DNA of 64,000 bases, taken from positions 26,977 through 90,976 of the forward strand of contig CAZUMH010000001.1 in the NCBI GenBank assembly GCA_964621645.1, in the 5' to 3' direction. The notes under the pieces are model-generated. The model had not been told where the DNA came from and did no database searches. It was given only the letters and a program-made list of their open reading frames with translations. Shown here one piece after another: positions 1 through 10,044 of the stretch. The position numbers and the translations under genes are program-made. This stretch comes from an uncultured bacterium (GTDB lineage: Bacteria; Zhuqueibacterota; QNDG01; JAGLOF01). Each line of letters begins with the position of its first letter. The stretch's first letter is position 1.

Positions 1-138
1 ACGCGGGGAAAGCGATCATACCGCAGTCTCCTTCGGGTGACCGACAGCGGATACAGCTCGATGATTTTATCCGTACCGTAAAAAATTACGTGAAGGACAA
101 ATAGCCGGCGAACTTTGTAAGAAAAAGCGAGGTGCATC

Positions 139-3100
139 ATGATGCTTTCCCATAGTAAATCGAAAAGGGCCCGTGCGATGTTTTTCCTGACCATCACGGG
201 CTTTATATGTATAATCCTGACGGGACAGGCTTTCGCGCAGAATCAGGCGGCCATGTTTGACGGCAATCTGACGGTGAATAATGGCAGCCGAATCCGCATA
301 ACTGACAGCCAGCCCATAGATCCGGGCTCTGCGAATCCTGCTGTATATCAGATCTCGGGGGACCATATTACGGTTGAGGCCTGGGTGTATCCTTTTTCGG
401 CAGACGGACCGTTATATAGCATCGTCCGGCGGCCCGCGGTCTATCCCGATCCGGATCCCCCTTATACTTATTCGCTTCATATGAACGCAGGCGTTCCCTA
501 TTTTGGGATTTCGGACGGGTCCGCGGGCAGTGCCATGGAGACGGATTACTCAGAGACAATTCCCGCCTTTGCATGGACCCACCTGGCCGGAACCTATGAC
601 GGCAGTTATCTCCGGCTGTACGTCAACGGCATTGAAAGAAGCAGTGTATTTATTGAGACGGATATTGGGTCCGGCAGCACAGGGCTTTATATCGGACGCC
701 TGGTCGGACGGGCCTTCGCGGGGCTCATCGATGAGGTGCGTCTCTGGAATATTACCCGGGATCAGGTTGATATTCAGAATGATATGTCTGTTGAGCTCAC
801 GGGAACTGAGACCGGTCTGGCTGGATACTGGAAATTCAATGGAATTGAAGAAATCAACGGCTTTCAGGCGGCCCGAGATTATACGTCAAACAACAATCAC
901 CTCATTGTGCAGTATAACACACCCTTCGTGACTTTCAATCCCATCGACCATCATGATGTGGATGCGGCGATCACCGCCCACACGCCCTCGATCGATTTTG
1001 GCACCATCGAACAGGCGTATGAATGGAAAACCCGAACCATTGACATCACCAATGGTAGTGAGAATCCGCTGGTTGGCATTATGTGGGGCAACATCAGCGC
1101 CAATACCGAAGGAACAGCTGTTATGTATGTACCTCCCTATGGGACCGAGAGCTTCGATATTTCCCTTCGTACAAAGGATGCGGGATCCCTAAGTGGCGAT
1201 ATCGCCATAGATTATAACGGGGGCTCGGAAACGGTATCCGCAACCATAGAGTCCGTCCCCGTCCTGCGCTTTGACGTGAATCAAATTGGATTATGGACCT
1301 CGCGTACCGGTATTGCCGGGTATGATCCTTTTACCGCATCTGCAGGTCTGGAATGGCCGATCGGCAGCGGTAAAACGGCGCTCTACTCAATGGGGATACG
1401 GATAGGGGCTCTCGTTGGAAATGAAATCCGCATCGCAGCCGTCAATTACAACGGCTCTGAGTTCAGCCCCGGTCCTATCATCAACGGAACGCCTGCGGAT
1501 CCGGAGGATCCGATATACCGCATGTACAAAACCGGCGGTCCCGGAGACGGAGACTGGGATGTCTGGCCTCTGGATCAGGGTGCTCCGGCATCTTTTTGGG
1601 GTTCGCCCAAATTGCTGGGAGACCAGACCCTCTTTTCCGTGTATAACGATATGGATCCGGGCAAGCATACGGTTTTTAACACGGCGCCACTGGGTGTCGA
1701 AGTGCAACAGACCGTATACGGCTATGGATCGGGTTCCACCGCGCTGGAAAATACCGTGTTCTTCGTCTACAAAATAATCAACAAGGGTAGCCATACCTGG
1801 GAAAACGCCTATATCTCGGTCTGGGCCGATCCGGACCTCGGTTACTACATGGACGACTTCGCGGGCGTGGATGTAAGCCGCGGCCTTGGATATCTTTATA
1901 ACGCTGACAATTTTGATGACCCCAATGACAGCAATCCTGGCTACGGCACACCCCCGCCGGCTCTGGGCATCGACATGCTGCGCGGAGCGTTTCTCTCAAC
2001 GCCTATCCAGGCATTCACCTATCATACTGGAATAGGCGGTTCAGCTCCCCTTGACGATCCTCAAAACGCCCAGGAGGCCTACAATTACATGCAGGGTCTG
2101 AAGTCGGACGGTTCACCCTTCATGGATGGTGGAACCCCAACGACATTTCCCCTGAGCGGTGATCCGGTAACCGGTACCGGCTGGGTGGATGCGGGAGAAG
2201 CGGACCGGCGCATTATGCTTTCCACCGGTCCCATTACACTGAAGCCGGGGGAATCCAGGCAGGTCATCGCCGCCCTGATAATGGCTGCAGGCAGCGATAA
2301 CATAGACAGCATCACGGAATTACGTAACGCCTCCGATGCCGTACAGCTCCTCTTTGATCCAATTGTGGTTACTTCCGCTGCTGACGCAGGTAACGGCACC
2401 TTCCGTGCGGCTCTCGAAGAGGCCAATGCCAGGCCCGGGATCGATTACATCCATTTTAATATTTCCGGTACTGGAGTGCATACCCTTCAGCCGGCCACTC
2501 CCTATCCTGTTGTCATGGATGCGGTGATTATTGATGGCAAGACTCAGGCTGGCTACAGCGGAACACCATTGATAGAGATCGATGGCTCCGGGGTGACAGG
2601 TACTGATCAGCGTGGTCTGGTCATCATTGCCGGGAATTCCACTGTCAGGGGACTTGCTATCAACCGGTTCGGACAGGCAGGCATTGTGCTTCAGGATAAC
2701 GGCGGTAATACCATTCAGGGCAACTTCATTGGGACAGATGCTGCAGGAGGAACAGCACTGGGTAATGGAGGATTCGCACTTGCAGTCGGTTGCTCCTCCA
2801 ATCTCATCGGTGGTTCCGCGCCAGGCGAGGGCAACCTTATCTCCGGGAATGGTTACGATGGTATTTTTATGAGTGATCCCGGCGGAGATGACAATCAGGT
2901 GCTGGGGAACATTATCGGCTTGGATCTTGATGGCCAGGCGGCTCTTGGAAACGGGCAGTGCGGCGTTCAAATATCAAACAACTGCGTCAATAATATTATC
3001 GGGCCCGACAACATTATTTCCGGGAATGTATCAGCAGGTGTTTGTATCGCAGGCGCCGCCGCGGCCAATAATACGGTGTTGAATAATAAAATCGGTACGG

Positions 3101-6100
3101 ACATCAGTGGTAGTCTTGCCATCGGGAACCTGCAGGGGGTTAATATACAAGCTCCTAATAACATTGTCAGTGCAAATCTAATCTCAGGGAATACAAGCGA
3201 TGGAATTACCCTGCATAATTCAGATGCTCACAACAATACCATCAAGGGCAACATAATCGGTCTGAATGCCGCAGGTGACGCAACACTCGCCAACACCTCT
3301 GTCGGGATCAATATCACAGGTCATCACAATACGGTTGGAGGGAGTACAACGGCTGATAGGAACATCATTTCAGGGAATATTCAGAATGGAATCTGTATCG
3401 AACTCGGAGCAACAGAAAACAACATACTGGGCAACTATATCGGTACAGACATCACGGGGACCAAAGCGGTTCCGAATGATCAGTCGGGCATTCAAATACG
3501 GCTCGCGGCAAACAACCATATCGGCGGCAAGAATGCGGGAGAGGGCAATCTGATCTCCGGCAATGATAAGCATGGGATCTATATTTATGGTACCGGTGTC
3601 ACTTTATCTCACAGCAATACCGTGCAGGGTAATTACATCGGAACTGACAAAACAGGATTGAAGTCACTCCCCAACACCGGCAGCGGCATCCACTACGCAA
3701 CGTACACATGGGGCAACCTGATCGGCGGCCTGGAACCCGGAAGTGGAAATCTCATTGCCTTTAACAATGGAGCTGGTGTTTCTTTTGGAGGAGGGGGTTT
3801 GGCCAGTCCACCTTACAGGAATGCCATATTCTCCAACTCAATATACGCCAATGTCGGTCTTGGGATCGACCTGAATTTCGGTTTGGATGGCACACCTTAC
3901 GGTGAAACACCCAATGATCCAGGCGATGCCGATTTCGGTACCAATGAACTCCAAAATTTCCCGGTATTATCTTCAGTGGAATTCACCACAGATGCTGCCA
4001 TTATTAACGGTTCTCTCAACAGCGCAGCCAACACCGACTATACCATTCAGTGCTTTGCCTGTAAAACGGCACACGAATCAGGCTACGGTGACGGTGAGAC
4101 TTTGCTGGGGACTGAGACGGTGACCACTGATGGATCCGGGAATGTTTCATTTACCTTCACCTTCCCGATTTCGGCTTCAGCCGGCCAGGTCATTTCCATG
4201 ACTGCCACGGATCCTTCAGGCAACACATCGGAATTCTCAGAGGTTAGCGGCGGCGCGGCTTCTCAGCTACTGGATCTGTCAGCAATGACATTTACCATTA
4301 ACAGCCAGGGTGACCCGACGATCGGGGACGGCAGTGATATCACCGCTGTTGAGGCCGCGTTTGCGACATGGAATGCTGTGTCTGAATGCACAGTGAACTT
4401 CAGTACAGTTACCTCTCCAGATTATTCAATTGCCGACGCGAATGACGGTATTAACCTTGTTACCTTCACGGATAACGAATTCCTCTTCGCGCCAGGCGTG
4501 CTGGCAGTGGCCGCCAAGACAATTCGCATGGATGCGGCCGGACTGCCCGCGGAAATCATCGATGCGGATATCGTATATAATCCTTACTGGACCACGCACT
4601 ACAAATACAACTTCAAGACGGATACCGATCCGGGCTACTTCGACATCCAGAGTGTCACCACCCATGAAATCGGCCACGTGCTGGGCCTTGTACACAGCGG
4701 CGTAGAGACCGCCACCATGTTTTTCATGATCGGCTCCGACATCAATGCCAGGACTCTGGAAACCGATGATATGGCCTGGGTACGTTCCAAATATCCGGAA
4801 ACAGGCACCTATTCAGCTACCTATGGCTCGCTTACGGGGAGAATCGAGGATGGTTACTCGTCGGGTACCGGCATAGCGGGCGCGCTGGTCTATGCCATCA
4901 GCGAGGCCACCGGTGATTCGGTACACACATACTCGGATGCCAATGGTGACTTTACCATTCCAGGCCTGCTTCCCGGCAACTATACAGTTTTTGTGGAACC
5001 ACTGGATGGTGATGTATGCGGCTTCGCACTGCGTCCGGCGCATATCAGCGCCTATATCTACGCGATCACCAAGATAACCGACTTCCCGGAGGAATACTAC
5101 AGCGGCACTTCTGAGGGCGTCTCTGAAGTGGAAGATATCGCGGCTATCGTCACGGTATCGGCCGGAGGACCCGCCGGCCCGATCACCATTCTCACGAATC
5201 GGGATGTGACGCCGCCGGTCGTGCTGTCTGTTTCACCGGGCTCCGGCAGCACCGATATAGCCGTCACATCCCAGATACTCGCCGGTTTTTCAGAACCCGT
5301 GGATGCGGCGACCATCAGTGCTTCCACCTGTTTCCTGTCCGTCGGCCCAAATCCTGTGAACTGCCAAATGGACTATACCATGATGGACAACGACAAGAAA
5401 GTGCTGCTGACACCGGGCATACTGCTTCAGCATGAGACTGATTACACCCTCCACATCACCTCCGGTGTAACGGACCTTCACGGGAACGGGCTGAGTTCTG
5501 AATATACCTCGACATTTACGACCATTCCAGCTGATATCGAAGCTCCTTCGGTGACCGGTGTGGTACCGGCTGACGGCGCGGGTTCCATTTTCCCGACAGC
5601 AAATATTACTGTTATCTTTTCCGAACCCGTTGACGCTTCCACCCTGGAAGCCGGATTCACCCTCAGCACGGCGAACATTTCCGATGTGCCGGCTTCTTTT
5701 ACTCTGAATCAGTCCGGATCGACCGTGACTTTTGATCCGGTCAACAGCCTGATGGAAGGGACGACCTATACCGTCACACTAACTGCTGACATCACGGATC
5801 TGTCTGGTAATCCACTGTCATCCGCTCCTTACTCCTCAAGTTTCACGACTGTGGCACAAGCGGCGCCCCTTCTCGAATACATCGGACCCAACCCTGGCCA
5901 GGACAATGTCAGCGTCACGACCACAGTGCTCACGGAGTTTTCCGAACCGATCAATCCTGCGACGGTAAATCCCTCCTCATTTATCCTGCGTCAAGGCAGC
6001 ACGCAGATTGCTGGCAATTTCGAATTCCTGAACAACAACGCCGGTGTGGTTTTCAGGCCGTTTGAGGATCTCGATTTTGGACTGACATATACGATCGAAC

Positions 6101-8040
6101 TCACGTCCGCGATTCAGGACGCCTCATCACCCCCGGAAGCATTCGCGGGCCATATCAGCACCTTCACCACGGCGGTTGAGGCACAGACGCCTGTAATCGC
6201 GTATGTCAATCCTTCGCAAGGTGCGGAGGGGACAGCGGTCGTTATTTCCGGTGAGGGATTCGATCCGGATCCGGCAAACAACGTCGTTTCATTCAACGGC
6301 ATAACAGCGGCGGTTACTGACGCAACCTTAACCAGTCTGGCCGCTTCCGTCCCCATTTCCGCCGTCACCGGACCGCTCGAAGTCACGGTTAACGGCAGTA
6401 CCAGCAACGCCTATTCATTTACTGTCCTTCAGCCTTCAGGATTTCCTGACGAATATGATACAATCAATGTGCCTGGTGAGCTGGACAATCAGGACGTTGA
6501 ATTTTCACCGGACGGCGCTTATGCGTATGTCACCAATACAGGGGCAAACTCTATCAGTGTTATTGATGTGGCGAATGGTGATTTTATCGGACAACCTGTA
6601 TCTGTCGGCGGAAGCCCGGTCAAAATCACGGTAAGCCCGGATGGTAAAAAAGCGTATGTCACCAACTTTGCCTCGCATACCATCTCCGTGTTGAATACGG
6701 CGGTTCCGGCTGATGTTACGGTTGAAACGACAATTCCCGTGGGGATCAATCCGGCCGGTATAGCAATTTCACCGGACGGGAAACGCGTCTATGTCGGCAA
6801 CTATACTTCCCGCAACATTTCCATCATCGATGTGGATGAGAACAGCGGCGGGTATAACCATGTCATCGCCAACGTGGACACCGATTCCGAAAACCGGGAT
6901 GTGGAGTTCGGCCCTGACGGACTTCGGGTGTTAATCACCGGTATGGGTATCATTGTACTCGATACCAATCCGTCTAGTGATACATACAATCAGGTCATTG
7001 CCAATGTGGAGCCGGACACCGAAACACGGGATGTTGATTTCAGTCCCGACGGCATGCTCGCGGTTGTCTCAACCATGGCCGGGAATATACTGCTCATCGA
7101 CATGATGGAAAATACCGCATCACCTTATCAGGTCATTGCCAATATCCATCCCGAGCAGGAGGCCCATGATGTTGAATTCGGACCCGATGGATCACACATT
7201 TATACTACAAATTATTATTATAATCAGCTATCCATCTATGAGCTGACGTATGGCGGTGATACTGGAGGTTCCGGAAGCAGCTATCCCTATATCGCTTCCA
7301 TGCAGTTACTCCAGACAATCGATGTTGGCGGCGCGCCTATGGGGCTTGCGATCGACAGCGGTGGCGAACGTATCATCGTGGCCAATTCAGGATCAGGTGG
7401 TGTTACGATAATCGATCTGTTCGGTACGCCTGAAAGCAATATCAAACATACCCTCAGCACAATTCACCAAATACAGGTGGATGGTTTCATCAACAGCGGC
7501 CAGGCCAACGCCCTCACCAACAAGCTGAACAACGCCTTGGATAAGCTCGCAAAGGGCAAAACGAAAACCGCTATCAATATTCTGGAATCCTTCTGCAATC
7601 AGGTTCAGGCTCTTATTAATGATGGGATAATTCCCGCGGGCATCGGTGAAGACCTAATGAACCGGGTCAAGGATATCATCGTCAGCCTGGTCAGCGGCAG
7701 TTCAGCCAGTCCTGAAGAAGAAAACCTCATGCTTACAGAACAGATGCCTAAGACCTTTTCGCTCGAACAGAACTATCCCAATCCGTTTAATTCGTCTACA
7801 ACTATCGCCTATACCATCCCGGCGGTGTCGGCGAAAACCGTAGATGTTCGACTGATACTCTATAATATTCTGGGGGAACCGGTGCGCACTCTGGTCAGCG
7901 AACAAAAATATCCCGGATTTTACGAAGTGGTCTGGGATGGACGGGACGATGCGAACAGAGATGTCCCCTCAGGCATCTATATTTATCGGGTCAAGGCGGG
8001 CGATTTCACGCAACTCCGGAAGATGATTTTGATTAAATGA
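139..8040 (+). CDS. Giant secreted multidomain T9SS cargo protein (LamG-like, parallel beta-helix repeats, metzincin Zn-protease, CarboxypepD_reg-like, Ig-like/Big, IPT/TIG, YVTN beta-propeller, FIMAH, T9SS C-terminal sorting domain)
   Basis: 2633-aa ORF with RBS GAGGTG 5 nt upstream and an N-terminal signal peptide (FFLTITGFICIILTGQAFAQ). LamG signature LYVNG...IDEVRLWN. About 500 aa of NxISGN/NxIGxD beta-helix repeats. HEIGHVLGLVH (nt 4663-4695), an HExxHxxGxxH metzincin motif. SbsA-Ig-like and IPT segments. Repeated YVTN / SPDGKxxYV propeller units. FIMAH-like helix (ALTNKLNNALDKLAKGKTKTAINIL). C-terminal QNYPNPFN...YNILGEPV...SGIYIYRVKAG...KMILIK is a T9SS CTD. Confidence 0.85.
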   Translation: MMLSHSKSKRARAMFFLTITGFICIILTGQAFAQNQAAMFDGNLTVNNGSRIRITDSQPIDPGSANPAVYQISGDHITVEAWVYPFSADGPLYSIVRRPAVYPDPDPPYTYSLHMNAGVPYFGISDGSAGSAMETDYSETIPAFAWTHLAGTYDGSYLRLYVNGIERSSVFIETDIGSGSTGLYIGRLVGRAFAGLIDEVRLWNITRDQVDIQNDMSVELTGTETGLAGYWKFNGIEEINGFQAARDYTSNNNHLIVQYNTPFVTFNPIDHHDVDAAITAHTPSIDFGTIEQAYEWKTRTIDITNGSENPLVGIMWGNISANTEGTAVMYVPPYGTESFDISLRTKDAGSLSGDIAIDYNGGSETVSATIESVPVLRFDVNQIGLWTSRTGIAGYDPFTASAGLEWPIGSGKTALYSMGIRIGALVGNEIRIAAVNYNGSEFSPGPIINGTPADPEDPIYRMYKTGGPGDGDWDVWPLDQGAPASFWGSPKLLGDQTLFSVYNDMDPGKHTVFNTAPLGVEVQQTVYGYGSGSTALENTVFFVYKIINKGSHTWENAYISVWADPDLGYYMDDFAGVDVSRGLGYLYNADNFDDPNDSNPGYGTPPPALGIDMLRGAFLSTPIQAFTYHTGIGGSAPLDDPQNAQEAYNYMQGLKSDGSPFMDGGTPTTFPLSGDPVTGTGWVDAGEADRRIMLSTGPITLKPGESRQVIAALIMAAGSDNIDSITELRNASDAVQLLFDPIVVTSAADAGNGTFRAALEEANARPGIDYIHFNISGTGVHTLQPATPYPVVMDAVIIDGKTQAGYSGTPLIEIDGSGVTGTDQRGLVIIAGNSTVRGLAINRFGQAGIVLQDNGGNTIQGNFIGTDAAGGTALGNGGFALAVGCSSNLIGGSAPGEGNLISGNGYDGIFMSDPGGDDNQVLGNIIGLDLDGQAALGNGQCGVQISNNCVNNIIGPDNIISGNVSAGVCIAGAAAANNTVLNNKIGTDISGSLAIGNLQGVNIQAPNNIVSANLISGNTSDGITLHNSDAHNNTIKGNIIGLNAAGDATLANTSVGINITGHHNTVGGSTTADRNIISGNIQNGICIELGATENNILGNYIGTDITGTKAVPNDQSGIQIRLAANNHIGGKNAGEGNLISGNDKHGIYIYGTGVTLSHSNTVQGNYIGTDKTGLKSLPNTGSGIHYATYTWGNLIGGLEPGSGNLIAFNNGAGVSFGGGGLASPPYRNAIFSNSIYANVGLGIDLNFGLDGTPYGETPNDPGDADFGTNELQNFPVLSSVEFTTDAAIINGSLNSAANTDYTIQCFACKTAHESGYGDGETLLGTETVTTDGSGNVSFTFTFPISASAGQVISMTATDPSGNTSEFSEVSGGAASQLLDLSAMTFTINSQGDPTIGDGSDITAVEAAFATWNAVSECTVNFSTVTSPDYSIADANDGINLVTFTDNEFLFAPGVLAVAAKTIRMDAAGLPAEIIDADIVYNPYWTTHYKYNFKTDTDPGYFDIQSVTTHEIGHVLGLVHSGVETATMFFMIGSDINARTLETDDMAWVRSKYPETGTYSATYGSLTGRIEDGYSSGTGIAGALVYAISEATGDSVHTYSDANGDFTIPGLLPGNYTVFVEPLDGDVCGFALRPAHISAYIYAITKITDFPEEYYSGTSEGVSEVEDIAAIVTVSAGGPAGPITILTNRDVTPPVVLSVSPGSGSTDIAVTSQILAGFSEPVDAATISASTCFLSVGPNPVNCQMDYTMMDNDKKVLLTPGILLQHETDYTLHITSGVTDLHGNGLSSEYTSTFTTIPADIEAPSVTGVVPADGAGSIFPTANITVIFSEPVDASTLEAGFTLSTANISDVPASFTLNQSGSTVTFDPVNSLMEGTTYTVTLTADITDLSGNPLSSAPYSSSFTTVAQAAPLLEYIGPNPGQDNVSVTTTVLTEFSEPINPATVNPSSFILRQGSTQIAGNFEFLNNNAGVVFRPFEDLDFGLTYTIELTSAIQDASSPPEAFAGHISTFTTAVEAQTPVIAYVNPSQGAEGTAVVISGEGFDPDPANNVVSFNGITAAVTDATLTSLAASVPISAVTGPLEVTVNGSTSNAYSFTVLQPSGFPDEYDTINVPGELDNQDVEFSPDGAYAYVTNTGANSISVIDVANGDFIGQPVSVGGSPVKITVSPDGKKAYVTNFASHTISVLNTAVPADVTVETTIPVGINPAGIAISPDGKRVYVGNYTSRNISIIDVDENSGGYNHVIANVDTDSENRDVEFGPDGLRVLITGMGIIVLDTNPSSDTYNQVIANVEPDTETRDVDFSPDGMLAVVSTMAGNILLIDMMENTASPYQVIANIHPEQEAHDVEFGPDGSHIYTTNYYYNQLSIYELTYGGDTGGSGSSYPYIASMQLLQTIDVGGAPMGLAIDSGGERIIVANSGSGGVTIIDLFGTPESNIKHTLSTIHQIQVDGFINSGQANALTNKLNNALDKLAKGKTKTAINILESFCNQVQALINDGIIPAGIGEDLMNRVKDIIVSLVSGSSASPEEENLMLTEQMPKTFSLEQNYPNPFNSSTTIAYTIPAVSAKTVDVRLILYNILGEPVRTLVSEQKYPGFYEVVWDGRDDANRDVPSGIYIYRVKAGDFTQLRKMILIK

Positions 8041-8098
8041 TTGAATGGGGATAACGTGGACGAGCGCGGATTATTACGGATAAGGCGTCCTTAATCGG

Positions 8099-8130
8099 GA
8101 AAGAAGGCGGGCTCACGCCCGCCTTCTTTC
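8099..8130. terminator. Bidirectional rho-independent terminator between convergent genes (14-bp perfect stem GAAAGAAGGCGGGC / GCCCGCCTTCTTTC, loop TCAC)
   Basis: Perfect inverted repeat read directly from the sequence. It lies between the stop of the giant + gene (8040) and the stop of the - strand kinase (8148). Confidence 0.6.
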
Positions 8131-8147
8131 ATCGTATTGACTTCCCA

Positions 8148-9809
8148 TTACCTGAGCCGTCGCATCTGTTGCACGGCTTCTGTTTTCCGCCCGGGATCGG
8201 TCTCAAGATCTGCCACCCGCTGCCAGCAGAAAAGAGCGGAGTCCGCAAAACCCGCTTTTTCGAACGCTTCCGCCGTCAGACGCAGGGTTTCCGTCTGGTC
8301 CGGCATTTCGGCATTGGATTTCTTCAGCCACCCAATTGCCTTTGTCGTCTCACCGTGTTTCAAATACGCTTCACCGAGATGACGCTGGATGATAGCGTTT
8401 AGCCGGGTGTCAGGGGTTCGTTCGATCGCATGTTCCAATATGGGAATAGCTTCATCAGTCCGCCCCAGCTCGATGAGAACATTCCCCAGTGCGCTGTATG
8501 CCAGGGTTAGATCCGGATCATGGGAAACGGCCTTACGATACGCTCTGACGGCTTCATCGTAGCGACGTTGATTCTCAAGCGCATATCCAAGATTGTAATA
8601 AGCCGGTGCGTAGGTGCTGTCCAACGCAATTGCCTTCTGTATACAGGTAAATGCCGAGTCCGGTTTGCCGGTGTTGATGTATACGGTGCCCAGCAGATTC
8701 CAAATCCTGACCAGGCCGGGATCGAAAGCCAGTGCCTTTCTCAGCGCTGAGACGGCTTCAACCGGTCTGTTCGCCGAGATATGGGACCGGCCCTGTTCAA
8801 CATACTGACGGGCAAGACGTTTCTTCCCGGCCTGCTGTGAAAAGGGTCCCCATAAAAACAGATATACTATCGCGGCAGCAAGGATAATGCAGCCGGGAAC
8901 AAGAAAGCGGGCCGTCTTTTTCAAATCTATCCGCTGAGGAAGTCCCGATCTGATGGTCTTTCCCTTTTCAAGGGACTTTATGGCCTGTCCGCTGGATTCT
9001 CCCTTTATTATTCGTTTGATTTCACTGACAATTTCGCCGGCATTGGCAAAACGATTTTCTTTATCCTTGGCCATGGCTTTCAGGATCAGGGCCTCGAAGG
9101 CCGGATCAATATCAGGATTGATTTCGCTGGGAGGGTCTGGCTGTTCATTGACAATGGCGTACATGACAGCCAGTTGATGGTCCGCATAGAAGGGAAGCCG
9201 GCCTGTCATCATCTGATAGCAAATGACACCGAATGAGTAGAGATCACTGCGATGATCCACCTCCCCCCCTTGCGCCTGTTCCGGAGGCATAAAAGCCGCA
9301 GTTCCAAGCGTCATACCCGAACGTGTATACTGCGAACCCATGGACAGCTTGGCAATCCCAAAATCCATAACCCGGACACGACCACGCTTATCAACCATAA
9401 TGTTAGCGGCTTTTAAATCACGATGAATGATCCCCTTTTCATGGGCGGCACTCAACGCCTCAGCGATTTGCAGGGCAATATCCAGGACCTTATCTGCGGG
9501 CATTGCCTTATCCTCGATAAGATCCTGAAGGTCACATCCTTCAATATATTCCATGACGATGCATGGGTGTCCGTCTGACTCACAGAAGTCAAAAATTGTA
9601 CAGATATTCGTATGATTCAACGTTGCGAGAATTTTTGCTTCCCGGGCCAGTCTATCCTTCAACTCATCCTGCAGTGGTGCCGCTGATGTCACAAATTTGA
9701 GGCCGACGATTCGGTCAAGCACGGTATCCTGAGCTTTGTAAACACTGCCCATTCCGCCTTCACCAAGTTTTTCAAGGATTGTATAGTGAGAAATAGTCCT
9801 GCCGATCAT
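8148..9809 (-). CDS. Hanks-type serine/threonine protein kinase with one TM segment and C-terminal TPR repeats
   Basis: Gly loop LGEGGMGSVYKA, VGLK lysine, catalytic HRDLKAANIMV, DFG...APE activation segment (DFGIAKL...AFMPPE). TM helix (FLVPGCIILAAAIVYLFLW) followed by several TPR units (AYYNLGYALENQRRYDEAVRAYRKAV...). Confidence 0.9.
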   Translation of the reverse strand: MIGRTISHYTILEKLGEGGMGSVYKAQDTVLDRIVGLKFVTSAAPLQDELKDRLAREAKILATLNHTNICTIFDFCESDGHPCIVMEYIEGCDLQDLIEDKAMPADKVLDIALQIAEALSAAHEKGIIHRDLKAANIMVDKRGRVRVMDFGIAKLSMGSQYTRSGMTLGTAAFMPPEQAQGGEVDHRSDLYSFGVICYQMMTGRLPFYADHQLAVMYAIVNEQPDPPSEINPDIDPAFEALILKAMAKDKENRFANAGEIVSEIKRIIKGESSGQAIKSLEKGKTIRSGLPQRIDLKKTARFLVPGCIILAAAIVYLFLWGPFSQQAGKKRLARQYVEQGRSHISANRPVEAVSALRKALAFDPGLVRIWNLLGTVYINTGKPDSAFTCIQKAIALDSTYAPAYYNLGYALENQRRYDEAVRAYRKAVSHDPDLTLAYSALGNVLIELGRTDEAIPILEHAIERTPDTRLNAIIQRHLGEAYLKHGETTKAIGWLKKSNAEMPDQTETLRLTAEAFEKAGFADSALFCWQRVADLETDPGRKTEAVQQMRRLR

Positions 9810-10044
9810 TGTTCATCACCTCCGGATCCCTGAAAAAGAAAAACAGAAGAAGATAAGAAGGTAAGGGAGAACTGTTATTAATAAATTATACTTGATTATA
9901 AGGAAAGAAGCAAGGGAAATCTTCTCCTTACAGCGAAGCGGAATATTGTGAGGAGCGTATCAAGAGGCAAAGTGCCGGCCCAATAAATACGTGAATGGTA
10001 TGTAACGTCAGTATTAAGGCCGCTTCGTCACCGGGCGCATCATT

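Noticed and set aside
67-366. 99-aa minus-strand ORF at the window start overlapping the giant gene start
   Set aside because: It overlaps the RBS and signal-peptide region of a well-supported gene. No motifs.
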